Assembly (NCBI GenBank): GCA_945872435.1
Contig: CAMBYP010000001.1
Span: 544 to 64,543, forward strand
DNA: 64,000 nucleotides
Source: an uncultured Mycoplasmatota bacterium
GTDB lineage: Bacteria > Bacillota_I > Bacilli_A > RF39 > UBA660
Direction of reading: 5' to 3'
The position numbers were made by a program, and so were the translations under genes. Positions 9,765 through 18,375 of the stretch are shown in pieces. The notes beneath the pieces were generated by a model. That model ran no database searches and had not been told where the DNA came from. It saw only the letters and a list, made by a program, of their open reading frames with translations. How positions within the stretch are numbered: the stretch's first letter is position 1; the number at the start of each line of letters is the position of its first letter.

Positions 9765-11009
9765 ATGGGAAAAATTCATGTAACAAGCGAAATAGCACCT
9801 TTGAAAAAAGTGTTATTACATAGACCTGGAAAAGAATTGTTAAATTTAACACCAGATAGTTTAAGTCGCTTATTATTTGATGATATTCCTTATTTGCCTG
9901 ATGCAATTAAGGAACATGATGAATTTGCCGATTTATTAAGACAAAATGGGGTAGAAGTTGTCTATCTAGAAGATCTTATGGCAGATGTTTTGGATTTAAG
10001 TGAAGAAATCCGTGATAAGTTTATTAAGCAATTTGTTTATGAAGCTGGAATTCGTACTCCAAAGTATAAGTATTTAGTTATTGATTATTTAGACCAAATT
10101 ACCAATAGTAAACAACTTGTATTGAAAACAATGGAAGGTATTCAGATTAGTGATATTTCTAGACGTAAAAGAGATATTGAAAAATCATTGATCGATCAGA
10201 TTGATGAAGAAGATAAATTTATTGCAGATCCAATGCCAAATTTGTATTTTACACGTGATAATTTTGCTAGTATTGGAGAAGGTATTAGTTTAAATAAAAT
10301 GTATTCAGTAACAAGAAATAGAGAAACGATTTATGCTGAATATATATTTAATTATCATCCTGAATATAAAGATCAAGTGGATAAATATTATGATCGTTTT
10401 TATCCATATCATACAGAAGGTGGAGATTTACTAAATTTAAATGAACATATTTTAGCAGTGGGTATCTCACAAAGAACTTGCCCAGAGGCAATTGATCAAT
10501 TGGCTAAAAATTTATTTAAAGATCCAGAGTGTAAAATTGATACTGTTTTAGCATTTAATATTCCAAATAGTCGAGCATTTATGCATTTGGATACTGTATT
10601 TACACAAATTGACTATGATAAATTTACATATCATCCAGGTATTATGGATACTTTGCAAGTATTTGAAATTACAGAGGGTGATGATCCAAACAGTGATGAG
10701 GATTTAACAGTAACTGAAATCAATGATTCATTAGAACATATTTTAGAAAAGTATTTAAAAAGAAAAATTACTTTAATACCATGTGCTGGTGGTGATAAGG
10801 TATCCGCAGAACGTGAACAATGGAATGATGGAAGTAACACGCTTTGTATCGCACCAGGAGTTGTAATTGTATATGACAGAAATAATTTAACAAATCAAAC
10901 TCTAAGAGCTTATGGTATTAAAGTACTAGAAATTCATGGCGCTGAATTATCAAGAGGACGAGGAGGTCCTAGATGCATGAGTATGCCACTAATAAGGGAG
11001 GACTTATAA
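9765..11009 (+). CDS. arcA: arginine deiminase
   Basis: N-terminus [24 protein letters not shown]. Length 414 aa. The C-terminal catalytic cysteine region (GGPRCMSMP). Confidence 0.9.
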   Translation: MGKIHVTSEIAPLKKVLLHRPGKELLNLTPDSLSRLLFDDIPYLPDAIKEHDEFADLLRQNGVEVVYLEDLMADVLDLSEEIRDKFIKQFVYEAGIRTPKYKYLVIDYLDQITNSKQLVLKTMEGIQISDISRRKRDIEKSLIDQIDEEDKFIADPMPNLYFTRDNFASIGEGISLNKMYSVTRNRETIYAEYIFNYHPEYKDQVDKYYDRFYPYHTEGGDLLNLNEHILAVGISQRTCPEAIDQLAKNLFKDPECKIDTVLAFNIPNSRAFMHLDTVFTQIDYDKFTYHPGIMDTLQVFEITEGDDPNSDEDLTVTEINDSLEHILEKYLKRKITLIPCAGGDKVSAEREQWNDGSNTLCIAPGVVIVYDRNNLTNQTLRAYGIKVLEIHGAELSRGRGGPRCMSMPLIREDL

Positions 11010-11995
11010 TGGATTTAAGAGGAAGAGATTTATTAAAATTAATTGATTATACTCCTGAAGAAATTCAATATTTAATCGCTGTGGCAAAAGAATTTAAAAA
11101 AATTAAAAAAAGCAATCAATCACATGAATTTTTAAAAGGAAAAAATATTGCTCTTATTTTTGAAAAAGATTCTACTAGAACAAGATGTGCTTTTGAAGTA
11201 GCTGGCTATGATTTAGGAATGGGAGTTACTTATTTAGGACCTACTGGTTCACAATTAGGAAAAAAAGAAACAATTGCTGATACTGCTAGAGTATTAGCTG
11301 GAATGTATGATGGAATTGAATATCGTGGATTTGGGCAAGATGTAGTTGAAGAGTTAGCAAAATATTCAAAGGTTCCTGTTTGGAATGGATTAACAGATGA
11401 ATTTCATCCTACTCAAATGTTGGCTGATATGATGACTGTAGATGAACATTTTGGTTATTTAAAAGGACTTCATTTTACTTTTTTAGGTGATGCTAGAAAT
11501 AATGTTGGTAATTCGTTGATGGTTGTTTGTGCTAAATTAGGACTTCATTTTACTTGTTGTGCACCAAAATCCTTATTTCCAAAAGAAGAATTAATAAAAC
11601 AATGTGAAGAATATGCAAAAGCAAGTGGGGGAAGTATTACTTTAACAGAAGATGTATTAGAAGGAACGAAGAACGCTGATGTATTATATACTGATGTATG
11701 GGTTTCTATGGGAGAAGCTCCTGAATTATGGCAAGAAAGAATTTCTCTATTACAAAAATATCAAGTAAATAAAGAAGTAATGAATAATGCCTCTCCTAAT
11801 GCGATTTTCTTACACTGTTTACCATCTTTTCATAATATAGATACGAAAATAGGTAAAGAAATATATGAAAAATATGGAATTAAAGAAATGGAAGTAACGG
11901 ATGAAGTGTTTGAATCAGAACAATCTAAAGTAATGGAAGAAGCAGAAAATCGTATGCATACAATTAAAGCTGTTATGTTTGAAACTTTAAAATGA
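11009..11995 (+). CDS. arcB: catabolic ornithine carbamoyltransferase
   Basis: STRTRCAFE carbamoyl-phosphate-binding motif, and HCLP. I placed the start at ATG 11009, which has an AAGGGAGG RBS and overlaps the arcA stop. The context between arcA and arcC implies the catabolic enzyme. Confidence 0.85.
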   Translation: MDLRGRDLLKLIDYTPEEIQYLIAVAKEFKKIKKSNQSHEFLKGKNIALIFEKDSTRTRCAFEVAGYDLGMGVTYLGPTGSQLGKKETIADTARVLAGMYDGIEYRGFGQDVVEELAKYSKVPVWNGLTDEFHPTQMLADMMTVDEHFGYLKGLHFTFLGDARNNVGNSLMVVCAKLGLHFTCCAPKSLFPKEELIKQCEEYAKASGGSITLTEDVLEGTKNADVLYTDVWVSMGEAPELWQERISLLQKYQVNKEVMNNASPNAIFLHCLPSFHNIDTKIGKEIYEKYGIKEMEVTDEVFESEQSKVMEEAENRMHTIKAVMFETLK

Positions 11996-12927
11996 AAAAG
12001 AAAGTAGTAATCGCACTTGGAGGAAATGCCTTAGGAAACACTCCAAGTGAACAATTAAAACTTGTTAAAATAACAGCAAAAACGATTGTAAATTTAGTAC
12101 AAGATGGTTACCGTGTGATTGTAACTCATGGAAATGGACCACAAGTTGGTATGATTAATTTAGCAATGGAAAGTGCTAGTGAAACTATTGATACACCAGA
12201 AATGCCTTTTGCAGAATGTGGGGCAATGAGTCAAGGTTATATTGGTTATCATTTACAACAATCAGTTCAAGAAGAATTATTAAAAAGAAATATGAGAAAG
12301 CATTGTTTAACTGTAATCAGTCAAGTATTAGTTGATAAAAAAGATAAGGCTTTTCAACATCCTACAAAGCCAATTGGGTCATTTTATACAAAAAAGGAAG
12401 CAGATCAAATTGCTAAAGAAAAAGGATATGTGATGGTGGAAGATGCGAAAAGAGGATATCGTCGTGTTGTACCATCTCCACAACCAGTAAAAATATTAGA
12501 ATTATCAATGATTGAAGATTTAATGGATGATGGTAATATTGTCATTGCCTGTGGTGGTGGCGGAGTACCAGTAGTGAAACATTATAAAGGTTATAAAGGA
12601 ATCGACGCAGTTATTGATAAAGATAAAACAAGTGCTCGTTTAGCCGTTGATTTAAAAGCAGATATTTTACTAATATTAACAGCTGTTGATAAAGTTTATC
12701 TTCATTATAAAGAAGAAAATGAAGAAGCAATTGATATTATGAATGTAAAAGAAGCAAAAGAGTATATTGAAGAAAAACAATTTGCCGAAGGAAGCATGCT
12801 ACCTAAAGTAGAAGCATGTATTGATTTTGTAACACACCATAGAGGTGGACAAGCCATTATTACATCTTTGAAAAAAGCAGAAGAGGCTTTATTAGGAAAA
12901 ACAGGTACCATTATAGTAAGGAGGTAG
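11992..12927 (+). CDS. arcC: carbamate kinase
   Basis: [11 protein letters not shown]-terminus; 311 aa; amino-acid kinase fold. Follows arcB with an overlapping stop/start. Confidence 0.9.
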   Translation: MKKKVVIALGGNALGNTPSEQLKLVKITAKTIVNLVQDGYRVIVTHGNGPQVGMINLAMESASETIDTPEMPFAECGAMSQGYIGYHLQQSVQEELLKRNMRKHCLTVISQVLVDKKDKAFQHPTKPIGSFYTKKEADQIAKEKGYVMVEDAKRGYRRVVPSPQPVKILELSMIEDLMDDGNIVIACGGGGVPVVKHYKGYKGIDAVIDKDKTSARLAVDLKADILLILTAVDKVYLHYKEENEEAIDIMNVKEAKEYIEEKQFAEGSMLPKVEACIDFVTHHRGGQAIITSLKKAEEALLGKTGTIIVRR

Positions 12928-12932
12928 TAAAA

Positions 12933-14384
12933 GTGACAAAAGTCGTTAAGAAGAAAAGAAAAGGTTTTTTAACAGCGTTTTCTATTATATTTATTTTAAT
13001 TTTTATGCTTGGTATTTTATCTCACTTTTTACCAAAAGCAGAATTTGTTGGTGAAGAAATTGTAAATGGAAGTGGTGTAGTTGGAGCTTCTCTTTCACAA
13101 ATTTTATTATCACCAATTTTAGGATTTGAAAATGCCATTGATGTTTGTATTTTCGTACTTATTTTAGGTGGATTTTTAGCAATTGTTGCTAGAACAGAAG
13201 CATTAGAAACAGGAATTAAAGTTTTAGTGAGAAAATTAAAAGGTAGAGAGTTAATTTTAATTCCAATTTTAATGTTTATTTTCTCAATTGGAGGAACTAC
13301 TTACGGGATGCTTGAAGAAACTGTAGGTTTTTATGCATTATTATCAGCAACAATGGTAATGGCTGGCATGGACACTTTAGTTGCTTCTGCTGTTGTATTA
13401 TTAGGAGCAGGTTCAGGTGTTTTAGGCTCAACAATCAATCCATTTGCTGTAGGTGCAGCAGTTAGTTCATTACCAAAAGGAATTGCTGTAAATCAAGGAA
13501 TTATTATTGGATTAGGTATTGTATTATGGCTTACTTCATTACTTATTTCTATTATTTTTGTAATGAGTTATGCAAAAAAAGTTATGAAGAAAAAAGGTTC
13601 TACTTTCTTATCTTTAAGAGAAAGAAGAAATATGGAAGAAGAATATGGAGAACATGCAACAACATCAGTTGATGATGTTCATTTAACAAAGAAACAAAAA
13701 ATTACTTTAGGTTTATTTGCACTTACATTTATAGTAATGATTGTTGGATTTATTCCATGGGAATCATTTGGTATTGATATTTTTACTAAATTTACAGGTT
13801 GGTTAACTGGTATGCCATTAGGACAATGGTATTTCTATGAAGCAGCTTTATGGTTCTTAATTATGTCAGTAATTATTGGATTTGTAAATCGTACAGGGGA
13901 AAAGAAATTTGTTGATACCTTTATCGATGGTGCTGATGATATGGTAGGAGTTATTTTAATTATTGCTATTGCACGTGGAGCTTCAGTTTTAATGCAAAGT
14001 ACATATTTAGATAATTATATTATTTATAATGCTGCTGAAGCATTAAGAGTGGTTCCGGTTGTTATTTTTGCTCCATTTAATTACATTATTCATGTGGTAT
14101 TATCTATTTTAGTTCCATCAAGTTCAGGATTGATGACATTATCAACTCCAATTGTTGGACCATTAGCTAATGAATTAAATTATAATGTTGAAACAACAAT
14201 TATGACATTAGTTGCAGCAAATGGACTTGTTAATTTAATTACTCCAACATGTGGAGCAATTATGGGAGGATTAGCAGTTGCTAAAGTAGAATATTCAACT
14301 TGGGCTAGATGGGCAGCAAAAGTTGTACTTACGATTGCTATTGTTAATATTGTAATTCTTACAGTTGCATCATTAGTTTTATAA
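12933..14384 (+). CDS. YfcC/DcuC-like family membrane transporter, candidate arginine/ornithine antiporter (ArcD-like)
   Basis: 483 aa, about 12 TM segments, GTG start with a GGAGG RBS. Last gene of the arc cluster. The family assignment is inferred from topology and context. Confidence 0.65.
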   Translation: MTKVVKKKRKGFLTAFSIIFILIFMLGILSHFLPKAEFVGEEIVNGSGVVGASLSQILLSPILGFENAIDVCIFVLILGGFLAIVARTEALETGIKVLVRKLKGRELILIPILMFIFSIGGTTYGMLEETVGFYALLSATMVMAGMDTLVASAVVLLGAGSGVLGSTINPFAVGAAVSSLPKGIAVNQGIIIGLGIVLWLTSLLISIIFVMSYAKKVMKKKGSTFLSLRERRNMEEEYGEHATTSVDDVHLTKKQKITLGLFALTFIVMIVGFIPWESFGIDIFTKFTGWLTGMPLGQWYFYEAALWFLIMSVIIGFVNRTGEKKFVDTFIDGADDMVGVILIIAIARGASVLMQSTYLDNYIIYNAAEALRVVPVVIFAPFNYIIHVVLSILVPSSSGLMTLSTPIVGPLANELNYNVETTIMTLVAANGLVNLITPTCGAIMGGLAVAKVEYSTWARWAAKVVLTIAIVNIVILTVASLVL

Positions 14385-14386
14385 TT

Positions 14387-14416
14387 AAAATCTATGCTAA
14401 GCATAGATTTTTTTTT
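14387..14416 (+). terminator. intrinsic terminator closing the arc operon
   Basis: aaaatctatgcttagcatagatttt hairpin followed by T9. Confidence 0.65.
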
Positions 14417-14545
14417 ATGGAATATATTAAAGTGGTGATGTGTATGAATATAAAACTTCATTATCAACAAAATGGGCAAACATTACAAGAATTAATGGAA
14501 AAATTGATGGAATTATATGATTATCATAATGAATGAGGTGATTAT

Positions 14546-16066
14546 TTGAATCAAAAATATCGTGCAGGTATTTATATTAGACTTTCTAGAGAAGATGAAA
14601 AAGAAGAAAAAAATGTCGATAGTGAAAGTGTTAAAAATCAACGTAATTTACTTATGAATTATATAAAAGAACATGATTATTTTTTTTATAAGGAATATGT
14701 TGATGATGGATATAGTGGTTCTAATTTTGATCGCCCAGCGTTTCAAGCATTAATTACGGATATTGAAAATAAAAAAATTAATATGGTAATTGTAAAAGAT
14801 TTATCGCGATTAGGAAGAAATAATATAGAAACAAATGAATATATAGAAAGATATTTTCCCAAACACAGCATTCGTTTTATTGCTATTTTAGATGATGTAG
14901 ATACTGAAATTGATACTTATGGAAACGAGATGGCACCGTTTAAAGTTTTTGTAAATTCATATTATAACAAAGAAACATCTAAAAAAATTAAAACAACTTT
15001 AAAGAATAAAAAAAAGGGCGGGTTATTTACAGGATGGAAAGCACCATATGGTTATCAAAAAGATCCTAGTAACCCTTATCATTTAATTATTGATAAAAAA
15101 GTAGAACCAGTCGTAAAAAAAATATTTGAACTTGCTAAAAATGGAAATAGTTCTACCAAAATTGCATCTATTTTATCTAAACGAAAAATTCCTAATCCTA
15201 GTAATTATGCTAATTTAAATCAAACATCTGTAAATTCATGGTGTCCTAGAACCATTGATGATATGTTAACAAATCAAACTTATATCGGTAATTTAACCCA
15301 AGGAAGAAGAAAAAAAATATATGGAATGAAATTAGAAATTAGAACGAAACAAGAAGATTGGATTATTGTACACAATACACATGAAGCAATCATAGATTTA
15401 AAAACGTTTGAAGCAGTTCAAAAAGTAAAACAGCATATTACTAAAAAATCGACAAACAATTATTTATTTTCTGGTTTTTTAATATGTAAAGAATGCGGCC
15501 ATTCATTGAGTATTATAAAAAATAAAAATAGAAAACAAGTATATACGTCTTGTAATTATTATCGAAAACATAGTAAATTACATGTTTGTACACCACATAC
15601 TATGAATTATAAACAGTTAGAATCAAAAATACTTACTACTTTAAATAATCTCTTGATAACTAACATTGATAAAAATAAATTAATTCATAAACTGCAATAT
15701 TTAGATCACAAACATAATTCATGTTGTAACTTATGTAAAAATTTAAATCAAGAAAAAAATAAGTTAATTGTTTTAGAAAATCAACAAGATCAATTATACT
15801 TAGATTTTAAACAAAACTTGATTTCATTACAACAATATATAAGATTGAAAAAAGAGATAGAAGAAAAAAATATGATACAACAAAAAATTATACAACAATT
15901 AAAAGACAAAATAAAAAAGAATAAAACTACTTTAGAATATGAAAAAATCATTGATCAATATTTATCATTAAAAAAAATGAATAAAGTATTTTTTTCTAAT
16001 TTGATTGATAGAATTGAAATTGATAAAAATAAAAATGTTGATATTTATTTTCGATTTCATATATAG
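14546..16066 (+). CDS. large serine recombinase (resolvase/invertase N-domain + recombinase domain + zinc ribbon + coiled coil)
   Basis: N-terminal YIRLSREDE with the catalytic Ser in the RLSR context. 506 aa. C-terminal Cys cluster (CKECGH...C..C) and coiled coil. TTG start with a GAGGTG RBS. The gene ends 44 bp inside the right island boundary. Confidence 0.85.
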   Translation: MNQKYRAGIYIRLSREDEKEEKNVDSESVKNQRNLLMNYIKEHDYFFYKEYVDDGYSGSNFDRPAFQALITDIENKKINMVIVKDLSRLGRNNIETNEYIERYFPKHSIRFIAILDDVDTEIDTYGNEMAPFKVFVNSYYNKETSKKIKTTLKNKKKGGLFTGWKAPYGYQKDPSNPYHLIIDKKVEPVVKKIFELAKNGNSSTKIASILSKRKIPNPSNYANLNQTSVNSWCPRTIDDMLTNQTYIGNLTQGRRKKIYGMKLEIRTKQEDWIIVHNTHEAIIDLKTFEAVQKVKQHITKKSTNNYLFSGFLICKECGHSLSIIKNKNRKQVYTSCNYYRKHSKLHVCTPHTMNYKQLESKILTTLNNLLITNIDKNKLIHKLQYLDHKHNSCCNLCKNLNQEKNKLIVLENQQDQLYLDFKQNLISLQQYIRLKKEIEEKNMIQQKIIQQLKDKIKKNKTTLEYEKIIDQYLSLKKMNKVFFSNLIDRIEIDKNKNVDIYFRFHI

Positions 16067-16109
16067 ATTTTTTATTTTGTTATCTTTATTGTGACGAACA
16101 CCTTTTCGG

Positions 16110-16534
16110 CCACCGATAACAGTTTTTCCTTTCATATCTTCTAATGTAAAATTATCTATTTTTTTCCTAGATACAATAAAACTACCATCTTTTTTGGTTA
16201 AAGCAGCAAAATTAATTAAATAATCCTTTTCTCCTTGATTATAAACATAAATTGTAGCTTCACTACCAGCTAATCCAATTTGTACATCGTTTGATAGTAC
16301 ACTGGCTGTTACTTTATCCGCACCTGGAGTTAAAATAAATTCTACATCTAACCCCTCTTCTTGAAAATAACCTAAATGTTTTGCAACATATTGTGGTGCA
16401 TAAAAAATACTGTGTGTTACTTCGGCAACTTTAATATGTTTTAAATTAGATTTAGGTTTTCCAGTATAAATATAAATAATAGATAAAACCAATATTATAA
16501 AGATTGTAATGATTAAAAATATTATTTTCTTCAA
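16110..16534 (-). pseudogene. N-terminal half (signal peptide + N-lobe) of the same SsuA/ThiY/NMT1-like substrate-binding protein, truncated by the island
   Basis: Signal peptide, then a region strongly resembling the NMT1/SsuA N-lobe up to ...GKTVIGG. After that the ORF reads into island sequence (RKGVRHNKD...). Joining at the shared GGTGG gives a contiguous ...KTVIGG|MPVMTFEWAL... protein of about 327 aa. Confidence 0.7.
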
Positions 16535-16705
16535 AATAATCCCTCGCTTTCAGTGATAGTATATTCTAATCAAGATAAACTGTATAGATAAAATACCTAT
16601 CATGATAATAATATCAAACATGAAAAATACAAATGAAAACAAGATAAATATGATTGATAAAGTTGGAAGAATATAAGTGGTATGATATAATAAAAGTGGA
16701 AAGAT

Positions 16706-17893
16706 GTGATAAATATGAAATATGGATTAATTTTATATAAAGAAACGGATAACTTAGGAGATGATATTCAAAGTTATGCGGCTATGCAATTTTTACCTCA
16801 AGTAGATTATGTAATTGATAGAGAAGCAATGGATGAATTTGTACCAAATGAGAAAGAATATGTTACAACTATTATGAATGGTTGGTATTTACATAAAAAA
16901 CATCATTTTCCATTTTCTCCATATATTCATCCATTATTAGTTTCTATGCATTTTACAGAAAATGATTTGATTACAAAGAGAGGTTACGAATTCTTGGATG
17001 GTTATACAAAAGAATTTTTAACAAAATATGGAAAAATTGGATGTCGTGATCTCGTTACAGAACAAGTATTAAAAGAAAAAGGTTATGATACATATTTTTC
17101 TGGTTGTATGACATTAACAATTGATCAAATAGGAAAGAAAAAAGTTGAAAATTATATTTGTGTTATTGATATGAAACAAGAAATTGTAGAAAAAGTTCAT
17201 ACATTATTTCCAGATTATGAGATTAAAGAAATGAGTCATTGGTTAAAACCAGAGGAAAGTAAAAATATGTCATTTGATGACCGTATGAAACGAGTAAAAG
17301 AATATTTAAAAATTTATCAAAATGCAAAAATGATTATTACTGATAGACTTCATTGTGCACTACCTGCATTAGCACTAGAAACACCGGTGGCATTAATTTA
17401 TTATGATTATAATGCTGATCGTTTGTCTACTTTTAAAGATTATGTAACATATTTTTCTGAAGGAGAATTTATGGAACTTTCCAGAGAAAAATTGTTAAAA
17501 TTAAAAAATCCTAATTATTATAAAAAAATTAGAACAAATTTAAAAGAAACAGCGAAGAAATTTATAGAAGAGTCTAAAACAATTAAGTTAAATACGGATG
17601 AATTGCCAAATGTTTCATTATACCATGAATTTGTAAAACGAGAACAACATACTACTAATTTATTTGTAGAACAAATTCATCATTTAAAAAATGAAATTCA
17701 AACGTTAAAAGAACAAGCACAAGAACGTGAAAAAGAGTTATATGATACAATTGTTTCTATGGATAAAGAAATTGCTCGATTATATGTATATGAACAAGAG
17801 ATGAATGAATTAAATTATCAAAGGACATTCAGATGGTATAAAAAGTATTATGAATGGCGAAAGAAAAAACGTAAGAATAAAAAACATGAATAA
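16706..17893 (+). CDS. polysaccharide pyruvyl transferase family protein with a C-terminal coiled coil (tentative)
   Basis: N-terminal ETDNLGDD and internal TDRLHCALPALAL resemble PS_pyruv_trans motifs. The C-terminus is coiled-coil. The family call is by motif only. Confidence 0.45.
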   Translation: MINMKYGLILYKETDNLGDDIQSYAAMQFLPQVDYVIDREAMDEFVPNEKEYVTTIMNGWYLHKKHHFPFSPYIHPLLVSMHFTENDLITKRGYEFLDGYTKEFLTKYGKIGCRDLVTEQVLKEKGYDTYFSGCMTLTIDQIGKKKVENYICVIDMKQEIVEKVHTLFPDYEIKEMSHWLKPEESKNMSFDDRMKRVKEYLKIYQNAKMIITDRLHCALPALALETPVALIYYDYNADRLSTFKDYVTYFSEGEFMELSREKLLKLKNPNYYKKIRTNLKETAKKFIEESKTIKLNTDELPNVSLYHEFVKREQHTTNLFVEQIHHLKNEIQTLKEQAQEREKELYDTIVSMDKEIARLYVYEQEMNELNYQRTFRWYKKYYEWRKKKRKNKKHE

Positions 17894-17968
17894 AAAGAGT
17901 TTCATACTCTTTTTTTTTCGACTGTTCTTTTTCATATTTATTGTTATGATGATAGTGAGGTGGAGAAA

Positions 17969-18295
17969 ATGAAAAAAATAAAAGCGCTATTATTGTTATT
18001 GTTGTTGTTGGTAGGTTGTTTATATTTAGGAAATTATTTATTTACCATTGCAGAAATTTTATTAGGAATTGTATTATTTTATATATTTTTCAAAAAAATA
18101 TTGAAAACTTTAGAAGATGATCAAACTGAATCAGAAAATCAACTTTATTATGAATTAAAACATAATAAGGAAAAATTATTTGAACAAATTAGAAATTTGG
18201 TAAAGTGGAAGGAAATGGCAAATCAAGATTTTGAAGATACTTTAGATTTAATAAATGGATATTCAGAAGAAGAAATTATGAAAAAATATCGTTAA
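17969..18295 (+). CDS. small membrane or lipoprotein-like protein, hypothetical
   Basis: GAGGTGGAG RBS before the ATG at 17969. Leu-rich signal-like N-terminus (LLLLLLLVGC) plus a second TM. Confidence 0.4.
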   Translation: MKKIKALLLLLLLLVGCLYLGNYLFTIAEILLGIVLFYIFFKKILKTLEDDQTESENQLYYELKHNKEKLFEQIRNLVKWKEMANQDFEDTLDLINGYSEEEIMKKYR

Positions 18296-18375
18296 ATGTA
18301 TCAAGCAAGTGTATATGCTCTTATCAAAATGCTAAATTTATGATATGATTAATTTGGATATGATAGAGGTGGGAT

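Larger units (their letters stand above)
7475..16109 (+). mobile_element. integrated cargo island of about 8.6 kb: amino-acid ABC importer + arginine deiminase pathway + terminal large serine recombinase, inserted in the SsuA/ThiY-like substrate-binding-protein gene
   Basis: Both halves of one substrate-binding-protein gene flank the segment in the same orientation and frame. CCACC is present at both junctions (7470-7474 and 16110-16114). The recombinase gene ends 44 bp from the right junction. Boundaries are good to within a few bp. Confidence 0.65.

Noticed and set aside
10973-11008. Longer arcB start at 10973 overlapping arcA by 37 bp
   Set aside because: The extension [12 protein letters not shown] is not OTCase-like. 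The ATG at 11009 follows a strong AAGGGAGG RBS and matches the conserved OTCase N-terminus.
7470-16114. CCACC at both island junctions interpreted as a 5-bp target-site duplication from a DDE transposase
   Set aside because: There is no transposase in or near the island. The only recombinase is a serine recombinase, which does not generate target duplications. The shared pentamer more likely contains the 2-bp crossover plus fortuitous half-site identity.
16535-16705. Possible riboswitch (TPP or S-box) in the leader of the split SsuA/ThiY-like gene
   Set aside because: The 170 bp leader lacks the conserved CUGAGA/GGG...ACC (TPP) and S-box core motifs, and it is simply AT-rich. No riboswitch is supported.
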